A stretch of 64,000 nucleotides of DNA, from NCBI GenBank assembly GCA_951406725.2, contig OX597814.1:33232001-33296000 (forward strand), read 5' to 3'. Below are positions 1 to 11,809 of this stretch, in pieces. Both the position numbers and the translations under genes were made by a program. The DNA is from Octopus vulgaris (Eukaryota). Within the stretch, counting starts at the first letter, position 1, and each line of letters begins with the position of its first letter. The notes under the pieces are model-generated. The model did not search any database. It worked only from the letters and a program-made list of their open reading frames with translations, and had not been told where the DNA came from.

Positions 1-90
1 ATTAACAATAATAGTAAGGAATATAATTCCAAACTTACAGGGAAAAATCCAATTTAGCAATTCTAAATGAAATTTTACAATATATAATAT

Positions 91-314
91 ATATGTATAT
101 AATTAAGAGAAATAACCCCTATTAAGTAATTATATAGTGAGAGATATTATCCATGCCATATAGGAAAAAAATTTAATTAAATGTTTATTTAATTTAGTGA
201 TTATTTGAATAATATTTATTATAGTGTATCTAAATTTTTTATATATGGTATGGATAATGTCTTTCAATATTAAAATTACTTAATAGAGGTTATTTCTCTT
301 AATTATATATATAT
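91..314. repeat. Imperfect inverted repeat (foldback), ~85-bp arms
   Basis: AATTAAGAGAAATAACCCCTATTAAGTAATT (101-131) is the near reverse complement of AATTACTTAATAGAGGTTATTTCTCTTAATT (~274-304); pairing extends over ~91-175 vs 231-314. Confidence 0.8.
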
Positions 315-368
315 GCACACATATTTCTAACACAGCAATATCAGCACCAAGCAGTGTTTAGATATATA

Positions 369-745
369 TATTGGGATGACAAGAAAGTAGTAATTTTGGG
401 TGGGGGGTTTCCTACAAACAAATTTTTGTTTTCATGCAAACAATGAACTTTAATCAGTTATATATTTTTCATTTTGTTCGATGACCTTTTGCTGACAACT
501 TCATGATTCCGCGCTCAAAGAACTTCCGGTCCTTATCAGCCAAAAACGGAAGCGAGTGCGATTTCAGGTCATCCTCCTTATTGAACGTCTTACCAATCAA
601 AGAAATAAATGGTAATCTGATGGTGCAAGGTCAGGGCTATATGGTGGATGTAACATCATTTCCCAACCAAGCTCCAATAATTTTTCTCGAGTTAGTAAAG
701 ACGAGTGTGGTCTACCGTTGTCATGGTGGAACACGATTCCTTTAA
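369..745 (-). mobile_element. Mariner transposase C-terminal remnant with probable 3' TIR
   Basis: Minus strand reads GIVFHHDNGRPH...EMMLHPPYSPDLAPSDYHLF...KFFERGIMKL...KVIEQNEKYITD*, which are mariner motifs, with frameshifts; TATTGGGATGACAAGAAAGT near 369 resembles a mariner TIR. Confidence 0.85.
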
Positions 746-1206
746 GATATGCCAATTCTGTGTATTACATTCGTGATAAGTGAGCTAACCGATTACAGAA
801 AACTACCCACTCACTCCTATTTGATTTTAAGAGCTATAATTTAATAGTGTTGATTTAAATAAACAAACACGTGCGTTTTCTGCGTTAAACGGAGAAGAGG
901 TGACGTGTGACAATTCTTTAAATGATAATAATACTATAAGCTTAAAGCTTATAAGCAATCACCATGTATTTGCTAAAGAAAATGTTCCAATTTTGTCCTC
1001 GAAGGAAAAAGTGGGTGTTAGTAAGTGAGAATGTCTAATGGTTTTGTTTATTCGTACATTATCAGAGTACAATATAATAGATTGTAGAGTAATATAATGT
1101 TTCCACCTGTTGTTACTCAGATTTCTTATTAGATATTATTTCTTTTGGACAACAAAAATGTTTTTGTTATCGCTTGAAATATCACCTCGAACAAGAAACT
1201 AATTAG

Positions 1207-1215
1207 TATGTGTAT

Positions 1216-1255
<40 letters not shown>

Positions 1256-1392
1256 ACACACACATATATATCTATATGCATACATGTGCGAGTGCGCGCG
1301 CGTGTTTGTGTATGTGTGTGCTCCTGTGTGTGTGTACGTGTTTGCCTCTGTGTGTGTGTGGATTGTGTTTGTGTGTGATTATGTGTGTTTGC
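1207..1392. repeat. Compound (TACA)n/(CA)n/(TG)n microsatellite
   Basis: Direct reading; representative of dozens of similar tracts in the window. Confidence 0.9.
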
Positions 1393-2664
1393 ACATATAT
1401 AATTGTAAATACTAGTGCCAACACGCTACTTTTAAGAGAGGATATTTTGCATCGACTTGCTATCATTGTATCATATATTTCTGTTGTGCGTATGTATGCA
1501 TACGGTAAGCCGTTGGCAACAGTGTTCAATGAAGGGTGGAATGTGTAGAGTATCTGAAGACCTTTGTTTCTTTCTTTAAATATGGTTTAAGGCAGAGCTG
1601 GCTGGTATTGTACGGAATTCTAGCAATATTAAAGTATACAGGAGTTATTACTGAATATATGTTTCGTGTCTATTGTTACTATACCTGTTATATGTTATGC
1701 ATGGGCTTTCTTGGATTATTGTATAATCCCCAGATAATTCCTGACATTTTAGTGAGTCCATTAGGTAGGTTTTTTTGGGGTGGGGTGGGGGGAAATCCTA
1801 CAAATTATTCTCTAAAAGTCTGGTATCTTCATAATGGTTGTAATGAATCTGTATTGTTTATTCTCTGTGTCACAGGTTAGATATTTATTCACCATCTCAG
1901 AATATTAATGCAGAAATTCTAATTTTGAAACAACTTATTAAAATTGCTATTTTGAAAAATATTAATGAACTTAAAAATAAAAGAAACATATGAACCTGGA
2001 TGAATATTTCTTATAGAATCTACAACTGTACATTGTTATTAATTATTGTGTTTCTCCTGTGTTTTTTTTATGGGGGTGTTATGTTTAGGAATGTTTGTAT
2101 AAGTATTATTTCATTATTGGTTACGTACTTTGTCCCACCTGTAATGAAATCATAATCGTTATCATGATCATTTAAAGTCTGTTTTCCATGCTGGCAATCT
2201 TTAATGCTTTTCAAAATATTTTTAGAATTTTAATGATTGTTACGTTGATATATTTCGTGCAAAACGTCACAAATTAGTCGTTTCTAAAGCCCCGTCTCTC
2301 CTGAAGCATCATACATTTGTCGGGAAGTACAGTTAAACAGTTTTGAAGGTCAGATTCGTATTAGAAATTTACCGATATCTAAAAATAATGTATGTATGTG
2401 ATTTGCTTACTTTAGCTGAAAAGCAAAATGGACTACCTTTCGTTAAAAACAACGAAATATTAACTCTTAATAGAACGCTGGTAAGAGATGCAACAGGAAA
2501 GAGGCTCCAGCGGCAGAATGGAAAATGTAATAATGTTAAAAGAACGTGCAACTATAACGTTATCAAAAAAGTACTGCGGAAATACTGCCAGTAGGGATAT
2601 ATATATATGTTTTCGTATTTCATGTTGTTTACACAGTTGCTGACGTCCCGTACTCATGTATGCA

Positions 2665-2699
<35 letters not shown>

Positions 2700-2702
<3 letters not shown>

Positions 2703-3350
2703 AACGTACTTGAAATGGGTGCGTGACGTTCAACTAAATGATAATACAAATAATATATATATGCATGTATGTGTACAGGATGTCACCAGCTATGTATACA
2801 ACATGAAATACGAAAACAAACGAGTTAAATATGCAAGCAACGAGAGGAAAAAAATAGAAAACATGAAAAGTAAACACAGAGAACAACCCTTCATCAGTTG
2901 TCGGCTGTCTATCTACTCCTCATTTCGAGCATCCACGACAATATGAGTTTTCAAATACAGTTGCTCTCATAAATTCCAAAATAAAATTCAGGATTTATGG
3001 AGGGTCAAAGTTGGGAACAAGCCAGGACAGTGGAGACATACAAAGCAAAAGACCGAAAACAAACATGGAGGGTAGTTAGAACAGAACGAGGGAAAAATAG
3101 TGAACGATGTGAGAAATATTTTCTTTGAAAAGAGAAAAGACAGCAGTGAGAAAGAAAACGTCCAGTTATTTGAACGTCCGTGCAGGAAAAGAAAAATGGT
3201 CACGTGAGAAAAAGATGGACGATGGTCGCATGTGAGTAACGGGAGAGAGAAAAGAAGAAGAGGGGGAAGAGAGACAGACAGAAAAGGGTGAAGAAAAAGG
3301 GAATTAGAGAAGGAATAACGACAAAGACAAAGTCGGCTGCACTTGAACGT
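2700..3350 (-). mobile_element. Non-coding repeat resembling a Penelope-like element 3' UTR/pLTR fragment
   Basis: Shares the minus-strand motif CGAAA..GAGTAGAT..CTGANGAAGGG and the purine-rich layout with the 3' region of the PLE at 10280-11750; flanked by (TA)n. Confidence 0.45.
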
Positions 3351-3364
3351 AAAACCACATGAAA

Positions 3365-3621
3365 TTATATACGATATTTATATTATATTATATATATATA
3401 TTATATATAATATATATGTATATATATATTATATATATATAATATATATATGATATATATATATATAACATATATATATTATATATAACATATACACGTA
3501 AATATATATATATATATGTAATTTATATATAATATATATTATATATATATATATATTATATATATATATATATTTATTTATATATATATGTTATACATAT
3601 ATTATATATGTATATATATTA

Positions 3622-3659
<38 letters not shown>

Positions 3660-3700
3660 TATGTGTGTGTGTGTGTGTGTGTCTATGTGTGTGTACTGTA
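3365..3700. repeat. Degenerate (TA)n/(TG)n microsatellite
   Basis: Direct reading. Confidence 0.9.
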
Positions 3701-4039
3701 TATGTACACTTGTATATAATTAATCTAATTATTATTAAAGCTTATTCCACAGTGAAACCGCATGAAGAACTGCATCGAAGTTTTAATAGGATACAAAATA
3801 TGAAATACCCAAATATCTGTGGAGATTTAGTGTTAATGAGACTACATTTTTTCCGAACTATTATCCTAGTATTTAGAAGGTATTTACAATTTATGATATA
3901 CATAAAATTATATTTCGAAATGTGCAGATGAACTTAATAATTCTAAATATACAAAAATATTAGTCTTTACCTACGCCTACACTTATACACCCACCTACAT
4001 GCACGAACACATACACACATATACATTATAAGCCCATGT

Positions 4040-4240
4040 TTCCAGATGTGAATTATTCAACCCCCAAAGAATTACTCTCAACACATGTCTATAATGCTCC
4101 ACCACAACTTCTGCTCGTGATCAGAGATGCACATATCGTTAGCACCCAAGGGATATGCTAAACTGGTTAAGATCAAACAAATGACGAGCAAATATGAGAG
4201 GTATTGGGCAGAATATTTGTTATAGCTCCTATTTTATACC
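4040..4240. repeat. Interspersed repeat fragment, inverted homolog at ~17760-17960
   Basis: CTTCTGCTCGTGATCAGAGATGCACATATCGT matches the reverse complement of ACGATATGTTCATCTCTGATCACGAGCAGAAG (~17857-17888). Confidence 0.7.
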
Positions 4241-4499
4241 AATTCAAAACACCAGTCACATGCCTCATAATCATATGTACGTATTGATAATTTCTTTTGT
4301 ATACTATTAATAATTTATTTTGTATTGTTTAATATTTAGAACTGATAGACAAATATTTTCAAGTAGCCACCGTTATAATATTATCATCAGCAGAAAATAA
4401 TTCAAGTGTCATTAAAAATATTGTAGCCAGTAAAACCTATAATAGTCACAGCTCGCAATTGTGCTTTCAGAATTATAGACATATGACAGTTTAACGACT

Positions 4500-4805
4500 T
4501 TTTGAAAAAAAAATCATAGAACAGGACACGGGAGTCAATTTCAAAAATAATAATGGAATATCCAAAAAATATATTTTGAAACGATGAAAGAACAATAGAA
4601 AAACAGATATGTTAGCCCTACCGCATCCTACCGAGATAAAGGGAATATAACGACAAAAACAGACATCTACAGCTTTATCGAAATACATTTGGTAACTCAA
4701 AGAAAGCTACAAGAGTTTCTTAATTACGCGGAAAATCAGAGAGAAAAGCAGAATATACATAAGTAGAACAAAAAAAGAAATGTTCGTTATGCGATATGAA
4801 GAACT
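4500..4805 (+). pseudogene. Penelope-like element GIY-YIG endonuclease C-terminal remnant (Naiad-like)
   Basis: Translates STALSKYIW*LKE...Y.SRTKK(K)CSLCD, resembling the T.LS.HIW.LK...KRC.LC motif at the end of Naiad-type PLE ORFs; stops and frameshifts present. Confidence 0.55.
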
Positions 4806-5235
4806 GTAATGTGTGTGCGTGTTCCTGCATGTGTGTGTGTGTGCGTGCGTGTACGTGCGTGTATGTGTTGATTCATCGTCAACTTCGCCTAGCTTTTGAA
4901 CTTTTTTCTTTCATCATTGTATATATATTGATTGCTTGGCATGATCTCTCACGATGGCGACGATATACACCAGTATAGCAAAACCATGACACTATCTGAA
5001 TAAAAACGACGACATTTCAGAGGAGCGTATATTCATTCAGGTGGGTGAACGAAGAATCATAACCCCTTCTTCTTACACTACATATTCCATGTGACAACCA
5101 AGAAGAGAGCATCACGGAGGTAGTGATATTCGTTAGTCGAAGACACCTGATGGAAAGAATTGCTTGCATTTGTTTCTGGTTCCAAGAAGTCTAAATGTTA
5201 ATACCTTTTGCAATATGGTGGAAAGTAAGGAAATA

Positions 5236-5448
5236 TTCTTTTCTACACTAGGCATAAGACCTGAAATTTTGTGGGAGGAGGCCAGTCGTTAGATCGACCG
5301 CAGTACGCAACTGGTACTTAATTCATCGACCCCGAAAGGATGAAAAGCAAAGTTTATCTCGGCGGAATTTGAACTCAGAACGTAAAGACAGACGAAATAC
5401 CGCTAAGCATTTCACCCGGCGTGCTAACGTTTCTGCCAGCGCGCCGCC
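5236..5448 (-). mobile_element. tRNA-derived SINE, family A (full length, with TSD)
   Basis: Minus strand GGCGGCGCGCTGGCAGAAACGTTAGC (A box), GAGTTCAAATTCC (B box), central CTTTTCATCCTTTCGGGGTCGATGAATTAAGTACCAG (MetaSINE-like domain, from memory); flanked by AAAGTAAGGAAATATT / AAAGTAAGAAAATATT. Confidence 0.85.
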
Positions 5449-5489
5449 TTAAAAGTAAGAAAATATTAACACATCACTAAATCATGTAT

Positions 5490-5664
5490 AGAGGGAGCCA
5501 GTGATTAGATCGACCATAGTACGCAACTGGTACTTAATTTATCGATCCCGAAAGGATGAAAGGCAAAGTTGACCTCGGCGGAATTTGAACTCAGAACGTA
5601 AAGACAGACGAAATACTGCTAGGTGTTTCGCCCGGCGTGCTAACGTTTCTTCCAGCTCGCCGCC
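5490..5664 (-). mobile_element. SINE family A, tandem-duplicated partial copy
   Basis: Repeats 5275-5448 together with the flank AAGTAAGAAAATATTAACACATCACTAAATCATGT. Confidence 0.85.
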
Positions 5665-6055
5665 TTAAGTAAGAAAATATTAACACATCACTAAATCATG
5701 TGTAACACTTAGCACTCTCTAGGTATTTGATACTGTTAGAACGAGCTAAAAACAAAGCAAGAAGCATTTACCAACACCTGTCTCTGCATTAACTCATGCC
5801 ATGACATATATGCCCATGTCGTAATTCACACTACTATATGGTCGTTAATCTTCCTGCGTTCATTCGCCACTTGACACGTTATCCTTTTCATCTGCAGCAT
5901 ATCCAAGGTTAGCTTCTCTGTTAAGAAAAGATTTTAAAATGTATATATGTATGAATATGTTTATATCTCTCTAAAGACAGAGAGATGGATAGATAGATAA
6001 ATAGATCGATAGATAGATATTTCCTTCTCTCTTCCCGTCTCTCTTTCTCTTTCTC

Positions 6056-6144
<89 letters not shown>

Positions 6145-7224
6145 GCACTTATTTGTATACATATATCTATCCTGAATTTAATCATACAGTATTTTATGTA
6201 CTCTTTCATTTAACCTGGAAATAATTTCTTCAGAAATTTAACATATTTCCTTGCCCCGCTTCATAGCACTTGTTTCAGTTAACCATTTAGAAATACTAAT
6301 GGGGAATTTGCTAACAGTTGAAAAGAAAATATAGTCATCGCTTTTCATCTTTTCTTTTAACTTTATTTTTCGAAACCCCTTTGTATCGGTCTAATTATTT
6401 GTCAAAGTTATTTTTCTTCTGTCAACAATTTGTCGTATTACAGAAAATGCAAAGAAACGTTCGGAAAAAGAATCACATCACATTCCTAAAATAAATTCAT
6501 CTTCCTGTAAAAGTCGTCACAGCAATCAGTTTTAGGTTTCTTTGTTTTGTTTTGTTTTAAGTTTTTGTCAATTAATAATTTTGTTTTGTGTGGGATATCA
6601 TTAATTTTACACATCCAGCCGTCATATTCATTGCATAGTTTCACCTCAATACTCTATTTCTTTTCAGTATGTGTAGTGTTTTGTTTAAGCTTTCTATTTT
6701 CTACTGTATTGCAAAATGTCTGTCAATTGGGAACAGTCCTAGCAGTGCTATACGCTGTAAATTAGGCATATTTGCAAATCGTGAGTATTGGTTATATATT
6801 TGTCGTAATCATTCCCCAGACTACGTTATATTAGAAGTATTGTTTCTGTTTTCAAACGTCACATTTTGATTATCTCTGTTTTTAGATTTTTAGATTTTTA
6901 GAATGGTGTATTTCTTGTACAGATTCATTATTACATGTCAGAAATAATACTTTAATACTTCATTTAGAAGTCCATTCCTGTCAACAATATCCAGTCAACT
7001 ATTCCTGCTCTCCTAGTCTGAGTGGTTGGTTTGTCTCAGTATATGGTTTGTCTGCCATTCTCAGAAGTTCAAGAAAGGATACACTTTACCTTAATATTAT
7101 TATCAAGCAGCATGAATGTGTGTATAAATGTATGAGTAACTCACGACAGATAGTTGATGTTACAGGGATCTTTGTTTTGTTTTGGGAGTTTTATTTGTTG
7201 ATGTAGCACATAGTGTAAGATCGA

Positions 7225-7420
7225 GAGTAGGCAGATTAGTGAGAACATCGGACAAAATGCATAGCAGCATTTTTTCATACTCTTTTCGACCTGAGTTCAA
7301 ATCCAGTCGAGGCCGACTTTATCTTTCATCCCTTCGGGGTCGATGATATAAAACGCCAGTCAAGTACCGGGATTGATGAAATCGGCTTCTCTCTTCCTCA
7401 CAAAAATTTCTATTATTGAA
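7225..7420 (+). mobile_element. SINE family A, diverged copy
   Basis: GAGTTCAAATCCAGTCGAGGCCGACTTTATCTTTCATCCCTTCGGGGTCGAT. Confidence 0.75.
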
Positions 7421-9184
7421 CCTTACAACGGAGCGGTGTCCTATTCAAGGGAAAATTGTGATCTTGCTTACACTTCGCCATGGAAGCCGAGTAACCTCCT
7501 TTATGAGTCATATTACTAAATAAAAATACAAATAAAAACATTGTGAATAGTGTGAGAATGCATAGATTTTTAGCAGAAACCATTACAGCATGTTATGTTT
7601 AATTCTGAGCACTAAAATGCTATTTGCACCAGTTTCATGGCTCTAATGAATGTTTATTAATATAAGCATTGAACAGCCTTAGATGAAAATACCAGCGTAT
7701 AACATTTATAACATATATACAAATATGGAATGACACGAGCTATAATATCACGTCAGGGAGAAACTTCTCAAAGAGGATCGTGTGATAGACTGTGTATTGA
7801 AATGCTTATTAACATTTGAACTCCCTCGCAAGTAATAGAACGAAATTGAGAAAGTGAAGGAAAAGTGTCGTAATGTATGTGTTGAAAAACTTATGTTCTC
7901 TGTTATTTAAAACTGTATGAAATGAATATTGTCCTTTTTAGGTTCGCGATATTTTGTAGGGTTATTAATTTAGACTTGTAATGTCCCATCAATATGACAT
8001 GCGAAATTTCTATCTTTTCATTTATTCAGCTACGAAATTAAGCTAATAACTTTACTGTGTTTAATACATTATATGTATTCATACATGCTTCTACACATAT
8101 GTGTATGTCTGTGTTTGAGCTATAAAATATGTATTTATATGTACTATACATAGATATGTATGTGTGTATATATATACATATATATGTACATGAATATATA
8201 CATTCACAAACACATATATATATGTGTGTGTGTGTATGTGTATGCATATATGTACACACACATATATATCCATATACATATATACACACACACATATATA
8301 TATGTATATATGCATAAACACACATAGATATATATATATAGCTGTTTGAATAAATGTATGTGTGCATGTATGTTTGAATGTACGTGCGTATTTATTTACA
8401 AGCGTCTCCCTGTCATATTTCATGTATTATGCGTGTATGTATGCAATATAGTTTATCTTGTACATTAAAATATCAACTCATTTTCGTACCTGCGTAAAAG
8501 CTTAGAAAATCGCATGTCATATTAATTGGAACCTGTTAAAGAAATAGAATAATCATCCTTTAAAATAGCGCAAATTCTAACTGGGATATAACTAATTTAC
8601 ATTAATTAAGAGACACGTTACATACATCTCTGATCATTCATATTTAGCAGGTTTCCATGATAATATATTACTTCAGCCTCTTTTCATAACTAATGTGTGT
8701 GTTCGTGAGAGTTCTTAAATAAATGCATATACATTAGATATATTAGAAAAGTGGATATAGCTTTGCAACTCACAGTTAAACGGAGTCATACCTGCATCTC
8801 GTTTAAATAACTGGGAAGATTTGTTTTGGTAAGAAGGTTCAGCATATTGTTTGGACGAGGCAACTCGAGACAAAGAAAATTCACTAGACAAAGAGAGAGC
8901 CACAAAATCCATGATTCTCAATCGGGCTCCATATGAGATTTTGTTAAAATTTTGTACAATAAATTGGTTATACTTCAACAACTTACAAATTTTATTGTTA
9001 TTTTTATGCAATTCTAAATAATATTTGATCATAAAAATGCAATAAGATTATATACGGAGAGTAGCTAAGGACCTCCTTAGAATAAAACAGGAATAAAAAA
9101 AATGGCTGATTTGAAATGTCATTTTCATGCGAAAAAGTGAGGTTAAGACATCACACGATATTCTTTTATTCTTTAATTATGTTG

Positions 9185-9447
9185 CTTATTTCAGTCATTA
9201 GACTATGACCATGCTGGAGCACCGCCTTGCAGCCGAACAAATCGACCCAAGGCTTTATCTTTGTAAGCTCGGTAGTTATTCTATCGGATCTCTTTTGCTG
9301 AACCGCTAGGTTGTGGGTACGTAAACACACCAACATCGGTTGTCAAGCGATGGAGAGGGCGACAAATACAGACACATAGACATACACGTAAATACAAACA
9401 CACACATATATAATATATATATGTATATATATATATATATACGACGA
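9185..9447 (-). mobile_element. SINE family B, 3' part
   Basis: TTTCAGTCATTAGACTATGACCATGCTGGAGCACCGCC is the reverse complement of the family B tail seen at 10002-10045. Confidence 0.8.
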
Positions 9448-9721
9448 GCTAATTTAGAGTTCGAAATCACGGTCCAGGAGAGAGATGGTAAATGTTATTA
9501 TTTTTCATTCCCTTCGAAATTTATCCCTAATAGTGGTTTGGATTTTGGCTACTCCTTCTAGCGAGTAAGGTGTGCTGTGATGGTCATCTCTTATGTGTTT
9601 AAATGTAGACTGCATTTATATGAAAAATATATAGCCTATACACTAGTTTCGTACATCATAGGCCACTGGTAGTAAAAATTTCTAAAACTGTTCCTACCCT
9701 GATAGTTATTATATATATATA

Positions 9722-10060
9722 TGCGTGGCACCTTGGGCAAGTGTCTTCTACTATAGCCTCGGGCTGACCAAAGCCTTGTGAGTGGATTTGGTAGACGGAA
9801 ACTGAAAGAAGCCCGTCGTATATATGTATATACATAAGCGTGTGTGTGTTTGTGTGTCTGTGTTCGTCCCCCTAGCATTGCTTGACAACATATACTGGTG
9901 TGTTTATGTCCCCGTTACTTAGCGGTTCGGCAAAAGAGACCGATAGAATAAGTACTAGACTTACAAAAGAATAAGTCTCGGGGTCGAGTTGCTCGATTAA
10001 AGGCGGTGCTCCAGCATGGCCGCAGTCAGATGACTGAAACAAGTAAAAGAGTAAAAGAGT
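9722..10060 (+). mobile_element. SINE family B (CORE-like ACCTTGGGCAAGTG segment, internal microsatellite, LINE-like tail)
   Basis: GGCACCTTGGGCAAGTGTCTTCTACTATAGCCTCGGG...GGCGGTGCTCCAGCATGGCCGCAGTCAGATGACTGAAAC; recurs at least 8 times in the window. Confidence 0.85.
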
Positions 10061-10158
10061 ATATGTATATATGCATATACATATATATATATGTGCATAT
10101 ATACATATATATATATATATACATATATACATATATATATATACATATATATATACAT

Positions 10159-10209
<51 letters not shown>

Positions 10210-10706
10210 TAAATAAAACATATGCATATATATATACATATATGTTCGTACCTACCTCTACATGTATATATACACGCATATGTGAGTACAGGACACCAAA
10301 AAAACGTCGAACACAATGAGAAACGAAAACATAGACACAAACCCAAGGAACTGGACATTTTTCTTAAACAACAAAAAAATAGAGTACAGGACAAATAACA
10401 CCAGGAAAAAACCCCTTCTTCAGTCGCCATGGTTTCATCTACTCTACGTTTCGAAGGTGAAGGTGAGACGTATCTTCGATAGAAACTTTCCTTCCTGCGA
10501 AAAGCAAATCAAATAAAATTTGAGATCTTTTTGTAGAGGGGTAAAAATGGTAACAAAACCAGGACAGTAATGACAGTACAAAATATAAGCAGTAAAGGAC
10601 AGGACAAGGAAAAAAAACAAGACAAGAATATATATATATATACATTTATATAAGAAATTAAAAAGGAAAATACGCACACTTACATAGTTTTAATATAATT
10701 TTTAAT

Positions 10707-10741
10707 ATATCGACCGGTTTCGTTTTCGCTATTCATGATAT
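10707..10741 (-). ncRNA. Degenerate minimal type I hammerhead ribozyme
   Basis: Minus strand ATATC-ATGAATA-GCGAAAAC-GAAACCGGTC-GATAT: 5-bp stem I, palindromic stem III ACCGGT, GUC triplet; two mismatches to CUGANGA. Confidence 0.5.
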
Positions 10742-11173
10742 TATGTTTTACTTATTTGAATATATATTTTTTCTTAAGAAGAAATTTGTTCCATGTTGTG
10801 TGTGATGAAATTCACGCGTGCATGACTTCACAAGATGATAAATAAAGGGAGGTAATTGGTTGTTATTATTGTTATTGTTGTGTGTACGGGAGATAACTGT
10901 TCAGTTCTCGGTAATGGGTGAGGATTAAATATGTGTACAGAACAGAGACAGGTTTTAAAAACCTTGTTTAGAAGGGGATTTATGTACAGTGATGTAATCG
11001 TGAATTGAGATATGTATAAATCTAAAAGTTGGTAATGCGTGCATATTAAGACGTGTTTTGTATTTTTCAATGAAAAAAGTTTCTTTATTTAAATGTTCTA
11101 GTTGAGAGATTGCGTCTTTACACTGGTAGAAAGGGAAGACTGTGAAATTTGGTTTGATGTTACCTGTACATTT

Positions 11174-11584
11174 TTATATATGTTCACTGTGAGGAATTTG
11201 TCTGTATTGCGGAAAACGGATTTGCTCCTTATGTAGAGTGATTCTCTTTCTCAAGGTCATACTCGTTTGTCCAATATACTGGTGACCGCAACCCGAGCAG
11301 GTTATTACATAAATTAGGTTCTCAGAGGCACAGGTGAAACTAGTTTTAATTGTGAACCTCTGTCCTTGTTTGAAAAGGAAATCCGAGCCTTCAAGCAGGT
11401 TGGGGCAGGTTCCACAGTTCGGGCGTCCACATTTTTCAACCGTTGGTTTCGTAGTTGTTTTGTAAAGCTTCGCATTTGTTAGTCTCTTTAGCAATTTGTC
11501 TTGTGTTTTGCATTTGATGAGTTTGCGTGTTTTCAGGATGTCGTTCATTTTTGGATCTCTAGTTAGTAAAGGGAGAGTTTGCAC
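11174..11584 (-). pseudogene. PLE GIY-YIG endonuclease with CxxxxCxxC linker
   Basis: KCGRPNCGTCP...TCASENLIYVITCSGCGHQYIGQT...LRKRITLH; homology continues past the stop. Confidence 0.85.
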
Positions 11585-11748
11585 ATTAATGTTGAATGCC
11601 TCACTGTTTCTGGGATTGTGTGTTGATATAAAAAGTAATGTTTTGGTTTGAGGTGTGGTGGTATGTTTTTTTGTTCTTAATGTTTTTGTGCCTAATTGTT
11701 TGGCACGTTTAAAATCCTCGTCGATAAGAGAGGGTGGATATTGTCTAC

Positions 11749-11807
<59 letters not shown>

Positions 11808-11809
<2 letters not shown>

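Larger units (their letters stand above)
10280..11750 (-). mobile_element. 5'-truncated Penelope-like retroelement (Neptune-type) with 3' UTR/pLTR, inserted in (TA)n
   Basis: Contains the GIY-YIG ORF, followed by ~0.8 kb non-coding 3' region with a degenerate hammerhead; (TA)n tracts on both sides. Confidence 0.8.

Noticed and set aside
8776-8828. Possible 53-nt + strand exon (CAG...GTAAGA, LNGVIPASRLNNWEDLF)
   Set aside because: Weak polypyrimidine tract, no recognisable homology and no partner exons; chance is likely in 64 kb
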